A program made the position numbers and the translations under genes. 64,000 nucleotides of DNA from Polypterus senegalus (taxonomy: Eukaryota). How positions within the stretch are numbered: the first letter of the stretch is position 1; each line of letters opens with the position of its first letter. Where the stretch lies: assembly GCF_016835505.1 (NCBI RefSeq), contig NC_053155.1:74788088-74852087 (forward strand), in the 5' to 3' direction. Positions 1 through 13,654 of the stretch are shown here, piece after piece. The notes beneath the pieces were generated by a model. It did not search any database. It worked only from the letters and a program-made list of their open reading frames with translations, and was not told where the DNA came from.

Positions 1-1454
1 GGAGCATCAGTTACAGCACTACCGCCATGTGGCGCGATTCCCTGAGGGTGATCCGGCTTGTAAGATCCTCATTGTTGAGGACCTGAGTGACTAAACCAGG
101 CCAAGGGGATGCCCATGTAACACCTGGCTGAGGCAGATAGAGGGTCATTTCCGGAGGGTGGGATTGGGGGGTTACAAACCGGGACCCCGAGTTGTTATAT
201 TTGTGTTGTGGGTGTACCAATAAGCTGTACCAGTGCATGCTCCCCAACTTGACCTGACATACGCACCTGTGCATGTGCCTCTGTGCTTCCTCTGGTCACC
301 CTGCCCACACACCCTGGAAGTCAGGGCCTCCTAATCTCATTAACTCTCTGCTAACAGACTAAGCCTGCCGCATATGTCTGCTCGGTGTCTGTGTCATGAC
401 AAAAAAGCAGAGGGGTGCATAAAAGTATTAAACAGTATTGCTTTCCAAAAGAGTACAACAAAAATCAACTGCAACAGGCTGAACTGAAAGAGTTAATAGA
501 GTTTTTGACACAGGAATCCAACAAGAGGCATCCACCCAGCTGACACTTAACAATCATTCGAATGTCTCTGCGAAGGAATTTGTTCAGGGTGTCACTGTCA
601 CTCACAGCTGTTACCATCCAAGGGACTCGGGTGATGCTGGAATTACAGTAAGGTGAACAAAAGGAGAAACTCCATTTAGCCGGACACCAGCAAGACTGCA
701 GACTTGCAAAGGGTCTTCTTGCAAACACTGGCTCCCCTCTCAGCCAAGCAGTGCCTGCCCTCCTTACATCAAAAATTATCACCAGCAGTTCACCACAAAA
801 AGAAAACAATCAAATGAGTTTTAGAATATTCAATAAATATTACACATGTTTATGTCCAATTTAGACCAGGGTTCAGGAAATGATAGAGAGTGAGAGACAG
901 GAACTTCCTTTATGACAAAATAGAATTACTCTGTCTGACAATTAAACAAGCTATGGTAGAATATTCGACAATTCTGTTCTGCTTTGAGTGAAAATGGCTG
1001 TGAAAAAGGTATGCTTATGGTGCAGGATCAGGAGAAGAGCGATCAGAGCTTGAAAGTCAAAAAGAAACCGATTTCCAAAACCCAAAGCACAACCTAAAAG
1101 TCTTAGTCAAAAGAAAATCTTTTTCTAGCTAACATAGAAATGTAATTCAATAACTTGGGAGCCACGGATAACATGATGCTGTGTTAAATGGCGTCAAGAA
1201 GACAAGACATCAATGGACTCTTTTCTAAAGTAGCGGTGTCACTGATATAGAACAAATACAATGACAAAAAACAATTACAAAATCCAAATGAATTTAAAAT
1301 CCAAAACAGAGCTCAAAATGACAATAAAATGATTGAAAACCATAACATAACATAATTCATAATATAATTACTGTGCTTTTTTAATGAATGTCACATTGAA
1401 CGGATTATACAGTACTTTGACCCTCAATTGTATCAAATCATAGGCAATAAGCCT

Positions 1455-1640
1455 TTTCAAAGCGGGTGCTCCCTGCATGGACTCTGCGTGTGTTTCCTCC
1501 CACAGTCCAAAGACATGCAGGTTAGGAGAGCTGCTCATGTGAAATTGGCCATAACGTGTGTGTTAACCCTGTGGTGGTCTGTCTGAGGACTGGTCCTGCA
1601 TTGCGCCTGATGCTGCTAAGGAACAGCGGGTTTGAAAATG
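1455..1640 (+). repeat. SINE-related fragment (3' part)
   Basis: Matches the body of the full SINE at 2172-2448 (motif cctcccacagtccaaagacatgcaggttagg), but the tail differs. Confidence 0.45.
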
Positions 1641-2171
1641 GACGGACTAAGACACACCATTTATTTTACAAAACTGAAATTTAGTATTGCCTTCTATTTA
1701 GTGATAATAAATAATATTACTACGGTATTTACTGTTCTGCATATCACAGCAGTACATTAAGCAACATATATTTAACACGTCTACCTCTTCATCTTTCCCA
1801 CTTCTATGTCGGGATTGATGTTTTACAGCATGATGCCATTCCTGCCCATGTATTCGGACTTGTCTCTGAAATTCAGGCTGGGTTATACTTAATATGACGA
1901 AAGCATAAAATTAAAAAGTTTAATGTAGGGGGCACCACCATTAATCGTGGAGAGCTAGACCTCCTCTTTAAATATTCGAAATGCTTTACCACATTTCTGA
2001 ATAAGTTTGAGGTTCCTCTATTATTAAATTATGATCGGACGTTACAGTATAAAGTGCTTTATTATATTTATGATTTTTATTAAACTGCATTCCCGCAAAT
2101 GATTTTTTTCTTTTAATTCCTTAGGTATGGTATTTATCTTCGTTATATAACTTAAGCATAAAGACTATTCT

Positions 2172-2448
2172 GGGCGGCACGGTGGCGCAGTGGGTAGCGC
2201 AGCTGCCTCGCAGTTAGGAGACCCGGGTTCGCTTCCCGGGTCCTCCCTGCGTGGAGTTTGCATGTTCTCCCCGTGTCTGCGTGGGTTTTCTCCGGGCGCT
2301 CCGGTTTCCTCCCACAATCCAAATTCTAAATTGGCCTGGGTGTGTTTGTGTGTGTCCTGCGGTGGGTTGGCACCCTGCCCAGGATTGGCTCCAGCAGACC
2401 CCCGTGACCCTGTATTCGGATTCAGCGGGTTAGGAAATGGATGGATGG
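2172..2448 (+). mobile_element. Full-length tRNA-derived SINE with a (GGAT)n-like tail
   Basis: Head ggcggcacggtggcgcagtgggtagcgc…gttcgcttcccgg is tRNA-like with box A/B-like motifs. Tail ccaggattggctccagcagacccccgtgaccctg…ggatggatgg. Flanked by a perfect 14-bp direct repeat ataaagactattct (2158-2171 and 2449-2462). Confidence 0.8.
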
Positions 2449-3967
2449 ATAAAGACTATTCTTTGGAATACTCATTAGCATATTACGTAACAGAGGTGTT
2501 ACAGAGGAGGCGCGCGGATATGCAGGTGTCAGTCGGTAACGTGACTAAAATATACACGCAGTTCGAAAATGCAATCAGACATCCTCACTTTGGAAACGTT
2601 TTCTGATCCGATTACCTCGTCAACTATAAACCCACCCAGTGGAACCCGCGTGTGAGCGAGAGGCCGCTTTAATGAAGACCCCCCCAAATGGCTGCACAGG
2701 TGAAAGTGAAGGTGAGTGGTACTGGGGGGAGTGTTTGCAGGCGGGCTGACATTTCAAAAGGCTCAACTCCAAGATGCACAAAATGCTTTACCATATGTTA
2801 CAGCGCCGCTTAGGAAACGTAATAACAGCAGTTTCAGTTTTTTGGTTATTTTTTAATTTCTAAACTATCAAACTAAAGTCACTTTTTCCGCGCTACGCGA
2901 TGTGCCAAATTTTGTATTTTTAAGACTATCAAATAAAGGCCAGATCTTACTTCATTTACTTTACTGTACAGGCAGACCCGTAAGTAGTTGGACAGCGACA
3001 CACTTGTCATAATTGTGGCTCTTTACGCCACCACAATGGATCTGAAACAAAGCAATCATTATGAGACTGAGGTGTAGCCTTTCAGCTTTAATTCAAGGGT
3101 TTTATGAAAAATATTCTATGAACTGTTTAGAAAAGTCACATTTGTATAAATGCCCCGCCATATTGAGGGACTCAGTTTGGACATTTGCCTGACAGGCTGC
3201 TCCGTAGGCAGGTGGGAGCAGTTCCCTCATTATTTCATATTAACTAACAAGCCGGTAAGAGGTCTGGGATTGTTCTGGAATTTTCATTTGTAAGCTGTCA
3301 CTGTGAACTCTCAATATGAGAAATATGAGGAGCCAAAATTATGAAAATTGCGTCACAGTCCATGGACCTGGCTGTACATTGTCATATAAATTATATAATC
3401 TCCACACATCATTTAATTTGATGAGATATAGGATCTTTTGGCAATAGATTCCCAATGCTGAGGTATTTAGATATTTTACTCAGTTTCATAACTAGATGCC
3501 CTCTTTACGTTAACACTCGTGGCTGTTTTTAAGGTACACCCGTAGGAACGTGCAGTTATTATACATCACCCAACCGTCTGACAGATCGTGCATGGAGTCG
3601 CTTTGTAGTCGTGTGATTTGGCGCGTTTGTTCCTTGGACTTCACCTTATTCACAACACGGTCGCCGCCGAGCTGACGTTTATCACAACAGCATCGACTGA
3701 CCAGGACGGGGCACCTGCAGTGTGCTGCGATAAAGATCACATTTTACATTACGTGCCGAATTCAGTATTCAGATGCATTTCTAAGGTTCCTGCCTATAAA
3801 GCAATCGGTGGCGGGGTTTAGCGATAATGGCAAACTGCAATACACAATCCATGCAGAATCTGACTTAAGGGGATAGCATCCAAATTGCCAAACTGCGTTT
3901 GTGAGTGTAGTCTTAAAGACAGAAAAATCGATGGTTCACTTCTCGGGTGCTAGAAGGATCAGAAATA

Positions 3968-4086
<119 letters not shown>

Positions 4087-6091
4087 TTTGTAGCACTCTT
4101 AGCTTATGTCTTGTGTCTCTGCTCCACGAATGCCCTCGTTGTCCGTTTGCCCAAAGGCTCAAAGACGTGCGGTGCACAAAAACTGGCACCGTGGTATGCA
4201 GTTATGGGTGTACGCTTGAACTAACAGTAGATCTCCGCACAAATGGCCCTGTCTACGTCTCATTTCTGATGCCATCTTGCGGAACTGACCCGGACCCAAC
4301 AGGTTCAATGATGTTACTTCTTAACTCCACGCACGCGTTTTGCGCCATAGCGTCGGACAGTACGACCTCCCAATGCTGTTGCGGGGCCAAGCTATTTTTA
4401 GGAGACAGCAAAGTGGTAGTCTTAATGTTTCGGAACGGGATTTCTCCACGCTTTAAAAAAATGTTACATTTTCAGTAAAAAAAAACAAACTGGCAGTTGT
4501 GATTGCTAAAACTACCGTAAAAAATAAGTTGTCAGTCTTTTTAGATCTACGGTATAACTCTTTGAAGCGGTATATTATACAGTAAGTATTATTATTTTTT
4601 CTTTACAACGCATTACAATAGAAGCCCAGTAAGCAAGCATCTGTCGCTCCGCTGTCCATTTCAGGGCCGCACGCCTCCTGTCAGCAGATCGTCAGCGGGG
4701 GGACAGCAGAAGGCCGACAGAGGTTTCAGCCGCTGGCCCACTGTTGACTGTGGGCCGCTCGCAGCTGCTGGAAAGCTAGTGGTAACCATCCAGCAGGTTA
4801 GCCTTGGTCCACTGGTGGCTACCCGAGCAATATTGTAGCTAGCGGCATTTATTAATTACAAGGTCAACAGACAAAATGTTAATTGATCATTGGCTGCTTT
4901 ATTCCCAGACAACCAGTCCTATGCCTAAATATCCTATTTTACTTAAGGTAAATATGTATACCTAAAAACGACTAAAAACATAATTGGGTCACAGTGTGGT
5001 AAATTTCTTTGAATACAAACAAAACAACTATATGCAGTCTGATATATTCCCACAATAGGGTGTATATTAATTCATAATTTAGTTTCAATTTTATGTGAAC
5101 TAGACAAATTATTTTGATAGCAGCTAAGGGGCTTAAATCGGGCCAACTTATCAGCAAAAATGGGCCACTGAAAATGTTTGAAAAAGACATTTCTGATAAT
5201 CCAAAAGATTAATTACAATTTAAAAATACTGATTTTTAATACACATCACTATAAAAACCAGAACGTTTAACCGCAAGCTGAAATGCATGTATTATAATAA
5301 ATATACCAATCATGAAACGGTCCAAAAACGGTTTTGGAAGCACAGACCAGAATATTTTGCCCTTTTAAAGTAACAATCAATAGCAAACATGTTTTGTAGA
5401 TTAAAAATAATTTAATGTTTAATATGTCTGGTGGAGAAGAAAAGTTTGCTTTTGTGGTGTATGGTGTCTTACAGGTTTGTCAGTTTATTGAAAATAACCC
5501 ACCATGAATCAGCTTCCATAACGTCAAAAATATCTTCAACACTCGGGGAAAATGACATTTGCTAACTCTGTCCAAGTGTGATAAGGTCTGCGGGTCGCCA
5601 GGCACAATATGGTTCAAGGGGGCGTTTCCTTTATGCAAATATCGTAAATTGTGTAAATTTAGAAATCAGTGCCAAGAAAAAAAAAAAGTTTAGTTCTGAA
5701 AAAGTGCATCATACTCAAAAGGGCAACCACGCAAACGTATTCACCTCGTGTGCACGTTATTTAAAAGTAATATTGAAGAAACAGCTACATAAAGCAAACA
5801 CGTGATCATTTTGAGATAAAGAAATGTAAGGCAGCTGTTTAGAGTTAAAAAAATGGGAATCATGTGACAAATCGGACACTGTCAGCAAACAGCAACTTTT
5901 CTTTAAACAGCTCGATGCAATAAAAAGGAAGGTACAGTATAAGACCTTTTTCGGGTTAACAATGTAAAATATTATATTGGTCTACGTTTCACTTAAGTGC
6001 TTCAGTGTTAACTGAAACAGTGCTTTACCGTTTTACATTTTACAGTTCACCTTCGCTATTTAAATGTTTTACACTGTAAAATCGTCCCAAC

Positions 6092-6234
6092 CCTGCGGTG
6101 GGCTGGCGCCCTTCCCAGGATTTGTTTCCTGCCTTGCGCCCTGTGTTGCCTGCGATTGGCTCCAGCAGACCCCCGTGACCCTGCATTTATTATATAGCGG
6201 GTTGGATAATGGATGGATGGATGGAAATCGTCCT
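6092..6234 (+). repeat. SINE 3'-tail fragment (same family as 2172-2448)
   Basis: ggtgggctggcgccc…gattggctccagcagacccccgtgaccctg…ggatggatggatgg. Confidence 0.7.
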
Positions 6235-9188
6235 AACCATCTCAACTGGCATCCAAAACAGGCCTGACTGACACCAATCATGGCTAACAACATCCAAGTC
6301 TGGGGATCTTATCCCGACACAGTCCGTCCGTGTAGAGATTTATATTCTCCCTGTGTATGCGTGGCTATCACTCGTATTATTAGTTTTTTTTTTTAACACA
6401 CCACAGAACATGCCGAATACACAGTTGGCTAATGAATCGAAACAGGCGACGGAGAGAAAAAGGAAAAAGTCCTGCATGTCGATGCTGCAAAATGTAGCAA
6501 AATCTTTTTCAGTGTTTGTTCATGTCACGACGAAATTGAGGAGCACCAAAGAAAACAAAAATATAAATCTCATTTTCGTCAGAATACGCAAAGGCTTACA
6601 TTGACCGTAATTCTGTTAAAAATGACGTTACATTAGCACGTCGCCCTGTTTGTAAGAGCGATCCTTGCCATAGCTGATGTTTTATCGATTTGTGCAGCCT
6701 AGTCAAAGTCTGCTATTCATGGAAATTTTTACACGTCTAAAAGTCAAAACGTCGAACATACGATTTTCATGGTATTTCTCACCACCAGCCAACTTTTTTT
6801 TTTAAGTTGCACAAACCAATCTAGTTCGGCTTACAATTACAACAAAGCTGGACAAAAAAACTGAGTTTAAAATGGGAAAGGCATTGGATACGTTTCCTGT
6901 AAATGCCTTAAACAGCAAATAATAATATTCGTAGGGTCTGTTTTAATTAATCCAACGTATTTATTTAAGTAACTGCTGTTTTAGAATAAATGTATAGTGC
7001 GCGTGCGCAAAGCAGCTTTGGCGCACATTTCGATAGGTCGAGTTGTTCCAGAACACCTGCGGTGGTTTCAGCGATCGCAGAAGACAAGTTGAGGTGAGTG
7101 AGGTGGTAGATATTTGAGTTACAATTAGCTTTTAGGTCGTTAAAACTATATAAAATGTATGAAATAGTTATTGAAAATAAATGTGTTTAAATAGGCAAAG
7201 TACAAATGAATTTCTCAGATGGGAAAAAAATAATTGCGATATACTTCTTTATCGGTTTAATCCATCACTGTATTATGAATAACACCGCTTTACAATTTTG
7301 AGAAATGCATGATTGCTTTGTGTTTCTTTAGGGAGCACCTCATGCAGGGAAGCAAGGCGTAGGGAGGGCTGTAAGGACATGTTTCTTGACAACACAGCAT
7401 CAGGAAAGTTAGAAAGAAAAAGTGAACAGAGCAGAGTTGCAGTTTACATATCCTATTGTAGAGCCCAGCCTGCCCTTTCAGACAAAAGCAAAATTCAGAC
7501 GTCTTGCACATGAAACCTTTGTGAATTTGCTGTATTGAAAAATCTACACACACTGCTATGATTTTGAGGTATTTAAGGGTCTGTTAGTCAGCTAAACATG
7601 TTGATAAAGTTTAAAATAATAAGAGGGCTAACTAATGCAGCAGTTATTTATTTAATTATATATCCCAAATTGGTAATCTTCAGGATTCTGATGAGACCCT
7701 TGAGTTGATGACCATAAATCGTTCAGCTTGCAAAAAAAACAGTGCCATATACTGCCATGTCCTCCTGTCTCAATAGAACCTGTTGACTGATGCCTATCAT
7801 GTCATTGGCTGTGGCTACAAGACCCTGCTGACCATGTCCATGGCACCAAAGTCCAGTGAAGGAACCTCCTCCACACTGAAGCTTGTGAAGAACAGACAGA
7901 GGACCTCTGTTACGCATGAGCATCTTGAGAGAGAGGAAGATTCTTGTTGGACTTGACACTGACAGCAGAACTGACAAGGCTGAAGAAAGCAACAAACGCT
8001 TACACCACCTGCTGATTCACTAGGTGAGGGTAAAGCCGTTTATTTATGTAATGTGGCTTTTTTTATATTTGGACATCTATGGTGTGGCTTGGGTGAGAGT
8101 GACTCCCGACCTGAAAATTAATTCCAGTCTGACCCTGTTCCTACCTCATGGGTGCTGGCCATGTATAGCACCAAAGAATGTCTCCCTCTGTGTTTTGTAC
8201 TTTTTTAAAAAAATGTGTCAATTCAAAGCTATTATCGGAGTTAACTGATTTAAAAAAAAAAAATCACAACTTTTCTTGTATTAGCGGAACAGTATTTTTG
8301 TTTACACATTTGTGCTGCAAAGAAATTTCCTTCTGGAAAATTACAGTCCAAAGAAACAAATACTGCAAGAAGTGACTCCAGTCCCTGCATCCCAAAGTTT
8401 AAGAGGATTTGTCAATGGATGGATTAAATAGTTTAAAAAAAGAAGCCCTAAAGCTCAGCTACTGAAGATGATCCAAATCCATTAAACAAAATCAGTGAAA
8501 GAGTCAATGCAGCTTGTCTCTACATTTGCACAGCCACCCACACACGTGCCCTCCCATATTCAGGCCTATTTGGAACCATCAGTTAACCTGACCTACACAC
8601 CATTGGACAGGCCAGAGGAAAACCAGAGTACCTGGAGAAAAACACAGGACGAACATGCAGACTCCACACAGGTAACAGCCAGGCATGGGATTCAAACCCA
8701 GGATGCAGAATCAATGAAGCAGCAACACTTAACTACCCTAAACTTGTAATATACTAATTAAATTCATTGTCACATAGTGCTGGACTTTTGGGTTTAGGCA
8801 GTAAACAACCAAAGACAGGACTGCAGTTCATCATAGAGAATACACGTGTAGTTTCTCAGATAGACACAAACCCTGTGCTTAAAGTAAGAAGACTTGTTTA
8901 TTTTTTGAAATACCCTCATATTAAGTATTATTATAGGTATTGCCGGTCGAAGCTTATTTGGAGCCCTAGGCAGGGTTGATGGACGTATTACTCGGTTTAA
9001 TTAGGCTTTGATGACTTTGGTGTGCAGAGTGAGCTCCCCTTCAATAGTCAAATGGTGCACCTTTGTGCATATGCTGTGGACTTTAAGGACTTCATAATCG
9101 TCTCCCAGTGAGTAGCAACTTGGGGTGGAGTCTCCCTTTGTGTCAGTAGTTCATGCACCCTTTGAAACACAAATGGCACCCATTTGTG

Positions 9189-10798
9189 TACAGGTGCTGG
9201 TCATAAAATTAGAATATCATGAAAACGTTGATTTAATTCAGTAATTCCATTCAAAAAGTGAAACTTGTATATTAGATTCATTCATTACACACAGACTGAT
9301 GTATTTCAAATGTTTATTTCTTTTAATTTTGATGATTATCACTGACAACAAATGAAAGTCCCAAATTCAGTATCTCAGAAAATTAGAATATTGTGAAAAG
9401 GTTCAATATTGAAGACACCTGGTGCCACACTCTAATCAGCTAATTAACTCAAAACACCTGCAAAAGCCTTTAAATGGTCTCTAAGTCTAGTTCTGTAGGC
9501 TACACAATCATGGGGAAGACTGCTGACTTGACAGTTGTCCAAAAGACGACCATTGACACCTTGCACAAGGAGGGCAAGACACAAAAGGTCATTGCTAAAG
9601 AGGCTGGCTGTTCACAGAGCTCTGTGTCCAAGCACATTAATAGAGAGATGAAGGGATGGACAAGATGTCATAGAAAAAAGTGTACAAGCAATAGGGATAA
9701 CCGCACCCTGGAGAGGATTGTGAAACAAAACCCATTCAAAACTGTGGGGGAGATTCACAAAGAGTGGACTGCAGCTGGAGTCAGTGCTTCAAGAACCACC
9801 ACGCACAGACGTATGCAAGACATGGGTTTCAGCTGTTGCATTTCTTGTGTCAAGCCACTCTTGAACAAGAGACAGCGTCAGAAGCGTCTAAAGACAACAA
9901 GGACTGGACTGCTTCTGAGTGGTCCAAAGATATGTTCTCTGATGAAAGTAAATTTTGCATTTCCTTTGGAAATCAAAGTCCCAGAGTCTGGAGGAAGAGA
10001 GGAGAGGCACAGAATCCATGTTGCTTGAGGTCCAGTGTAAAGTTTCCACAGTCAGTGATGGTTTGGGGTGCCATGTCATCTGCTGGTGTTGGTCCATTGT
10101 GTTTTCTGAGGTCCAAGGTCAACGCAGCCATCTACCAGGAAGTTTTAGAGCACTTCATGCTTCCTGCTGCTGACAAACTTTATGGAGATGCAGATTTCAT
10201 TTTCCAACAGGACCTGGCACTGCACACAGTGCCAAAGCTACCAGTACCTGGTTTAAGGACCATGGTATCCCTGTTCTTGATTGGCCAGCAAACTCGCCTG
10301 ATCTTAACCCCATAGAAAATCTATGGGGTATTGTGAAGAGGAAGATGTGCAATACGCCAGACCCAACAATTCAGAAGAGCTGAAGGCCACTATCAGAGCA
10401 ACATGGGCTCTCATAACACCTGAGCAGTGCCACAGACTGATCGACTCCATGCCACGCCGCATTGCTGCAGTAATCCAGGCCAAAGGAGACCCAACTAAAT
10501 ATTGAGTGCTCTACAAGCTCATACTATTCATGTTCATACCTTTCAGTTGGCCAACATTTCTAAAAATCCTATTTTTGCATTGGTCTTAATTGATACTCTA
10601 ATTTTCTGAGATACTGAATTTGGGACTTTCATTAGTTGTCAGTTATAATCATCAAAATTAAAAGAAATAAACATTTGAAATACTTCAGTCTGTGTGTAAT
10701 GAATGAATCTAATATACAAGTTTCACTTTTTGAATGGAATTACTGAAATAAATCAACTTTGTCATGATATTCTAATTTTATGACCAGCACCTGTCTAT
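9189..10798 (+). mobile_element. Tc1/mariner (Tc1-like) DNA transposon, ~1.6 kb, long IR/DR-type TIRs
   Basis: TIRs of ~230 bp (9189-9430 vs reverse complement of 10560-10798, both starting acaggtgctggtcataaaattagaatatc). Each TIR has an outer and an inner copy of the aaattagaatat(c/t)(a/g)tgaaaa motif. Internal Tc1 transposase reading frames. Confidence 0.85.
9513..10505 (+). pseudogene. Tc1-like DDE transposase, split over three frames by at least two frameshifts
   Basis: ORFs 9474-10028, 9764-10315 and 10323-10505 together give a paired-like HTH N-terminus (MGKTADLTVVQKTTIDTLHKEGKTQKVIAKEAGCSQSSVSKH…), a DDE core (…FSDESKFCISFGNQSPRVWRKRGEA…VMVWGAMSSAGVGPL…FQQD…) and a C-terminus (…[49 protein letters not shown]). 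Confidence 0.8.
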
Positions 10799-11299
10799 AC
10801 CACAGACATTATTGTCATTCTCCTACCACCCATAGACAGCCCCCCCCAGTGTCCAGTGTGGTAGAAATCAACACCTTAATTAAAGAAAGCAACTTATCCT
10901 CCATCAGTACAACTAAGTAATCAGGCAGGAGAAAATCTTTTAATTAATCAATCCTTGGCCTTTAGTGGGAGAATTCTTTAAAAACAGTCTGTTACAGGAT
11001 GGTCAAAATGATCACACAATGAAAGCAAAAGCTCATACTTATTGATCACTGAATTTACATAACAGTGCTAATTAATGCTTACATATCATTCTCTGGTTGA
11101 TTAATATACATGAGGTGTTTAGCATAGAGCACGACCAGCCTAAGTAAATGTCTTTCTCCATGATATCCTTTTTCTTCAATATCTCTTAGATTACCCTTTT
11201 ATACATTATCTCAGTGTATATGACAACTGTCTAGTTTTATTGTTTACAGGACATCTGCTGATCTCTTAATCATACTATTGATGTGTTACATCAACCTGC

Positions 11300-11470
11300 T
11301 CCTGGTACTTTCTTCTCATTGCTGTTCACTTGACCTTTGACTGGTTTCTTGATATACCTGAACAAGTTTCCAACATGTACTAACCCTTTTATACTTCTAA
11401 TGCGGCAAAACACCATCCTAAATGACTCTCTGAGCCCTAAGTCTACTTTTTCTTCCACATTAACCCCTTT
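11300..11470 (+). repeat. Copy 1 of a ~170-bp direct repeat pair 2.35 kb apart (LTR-like)
   Basis: ttgttcacttgacc…cccttttatacttctaa…cacc/tatcctaaatgact…tttcttccaca is shared with 13655-13815. Confidence 0.45.
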
Positions 11471-13654
11471 GGGACTTATTGAAGTTCCACTAAAACTATA
11501 AGGACTAATTTTCTACTGTAACTTTCTTTATTTCTAATTTGTATAAATCACATGTGTATCAAAAAACCAAATATGTCTCCCTCTAGAGACGAGAAATAAG
11601 GGAAAGATCTCTGGCCAGCCAAAATTTGGGAAAACAGTAATACTTACAATATCACGTAAATCAAGTCAAACAATAACATGTCCTGTATAAATGTGTGTCC
11701 CATAACCTCATAACGTCTAATGAACAGCTATTTAGTTTCCTTCTTGTCCAACAAACATTAGCTATGTTAGTTCTCAGAAATGTACCTAGTTCTACATCTT
11801 TCATCTATGGTCAGATCATTTAATATTATCGTTGGTGGTGACACAGACAGCACAAGTATTTACCTGAAAACTTCAAAATGTCTCTAGTTTATGTTGCCAA
11901 TGATGTACTGTATACAACAATAGCCAGAGAGAGAGTCCTCATACACACAACCACGCTTGCATCCTCATGCTTTCATCCACAACATTGCTCCAATTTACAT
12001 CCAGCTATGGTGTTAAATTATGCTATCACCTCTGTTGCATATATCTTACTGAAAGCAGGGGTCAATCCTCCCTTCAGAAGATGGCAGCACTACTCTCATG
12101 AATACAAGTTATTGGATTATGTATTTAAATTTCAATGGTCGTACCCAAGCTTCTTATTAATGTTAAATTCTTCTGCCACGAGCTGAAATTCTTGGTCTGT
12201 ATCCGGGCTTTCCAATTTCACAAACTGCACACTCACCACTCCATGCGTAAGACATTTCATCTCTGCTGTGCTGAATTATTAATTTGTTTTGCTATCTTGT
12301 ATATCACGTAGGCCCAAGAAGCCATTGCATTAATTATTTGTCTTGTATTGCCACCAATTATTTCTGTCTTGATGGCCCTAAGTATCCTGTTTCACTGTTA
12401 ACACTATCCCACAAACTTAATTTCCCTTACACTTTGTTCTACAAAGTTTAAAAGGTTTGTCCTATACCCTATATCTAATTTAGCATGTTTTAATTCTCAC
12501 ACCCAATATCATAGGGTGTGAGAATTTGTGTTCTAATGTTCTATCTACTCCTGGTGCAAAATTCCTAATATATTAATATTAACATTTGCTCCATCCTTCT
12601 GTATCAATTACTGTTATATATATCAATGGATTCAAACATGTTGTCCTGATTGTTTCTATTCCCAAAATATTTGCTATTTGCTGTCCTTTAGGTTTACTAC
12701 TATTCTTCAAAGTTAACAAATCTCAATGTCACTATTAAAATCAGTAGCCAAGAAACCTTAAATTGGGCTGACTTTTAACTTTTAATGCTACAAGTGCTAA
12801 TATTAGAATTACTAATGTAATAAGTGCTAGGATCCATGTGTTAAATTTTGATTCTGTCCAAATTACATGCAAACATTAATCTTTGAAAAGTATTTTTCCA
12901 TCAACTATCAATAAACTTATTAAAAACATCTATCCAAAAAATTTACTCTTAACACATTGCCTTTACTCTAAGTGCTGATCACATTATGCTAATCACATTT
13001 TCTAAACTTGTTCAATTATATTATCCCAATTGTCATGCAGGTTAAACCCAAAACAATTCAAATTCATAGTAATTGTGCAGTATTTCCATTAATAAAGCAA
13101 TAGTAACAAATATTCAATAAATACATGCTGCTTAAGAAAAAGCTAATTTGCCTTGCTGTGCTTGTGGATAATTAGCTTTTCCTCCTATCCATCCATAACT
13201 CCATGGTTCAAATATTTGTTGAAAGATATTTCTGCAGAAAAATCAAGATTAAGGTGTGGGTCCGATTCCTAGGGCAAGCAGAATTCAAATACTTGGTCAA
13301 CAACTGTCATAAAATGGCAAACACATGGGCATATTGTAAGGCAAATCAAGGACAGTTAAAGTGGGCTCTGGTAAAGAACATAGAACTCTGAACAGTAAAA
13401 GTGTGAATCAGGTCTTGGGGACCAAAACCCCAAAGTAAATTATATCAATTTCTGGGACTCTTGATTTAATAAATGAGGCTCTGGTCTGGATGCTATTGCA
13501 GGCTGCCCTTTATGATTCTAGATCCACAATGATCTTTTGGCATCAGTGGTCACCAGCACAGTTGAGTTGTTAGCAGCAGGAACCCGTGATCCCTTGGACT
13601 GGAACTGGAGTATGTTGTCCAGTAGTCAATTGGTCGATGGCTCTTGGTACATTC

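Noticed and set aside
2172-2250. Possible tRNA gene (ggcggcacggtggcgcagtgggtagcgc…gttcgcttcccgg)
   Set aside because: It is the tRNA-related head of a SINE: it continues into a 200-bp SINE body and is repeated in the window. No complete cloverleaf or CCA-ready acceptor stem.
2190-2606. 138-aa ORF (and overlapping 60-aa ORF 2251-2433)
   Set aside because: They lie entirely within the tRNA-derived SINE and its tail. This is an open frame in repeat DNA, not a gene.
7060-7100. Possible non-coding first exon (gcgcgtgcgcaaagcagc… cagaagacaagttgag|gtgagtgagg)
   Set aside because: Only a GC-rich patch plus a good donor consensus. No ORF, no TATA or Inr, and no supporting partner exon. Too weak to call.
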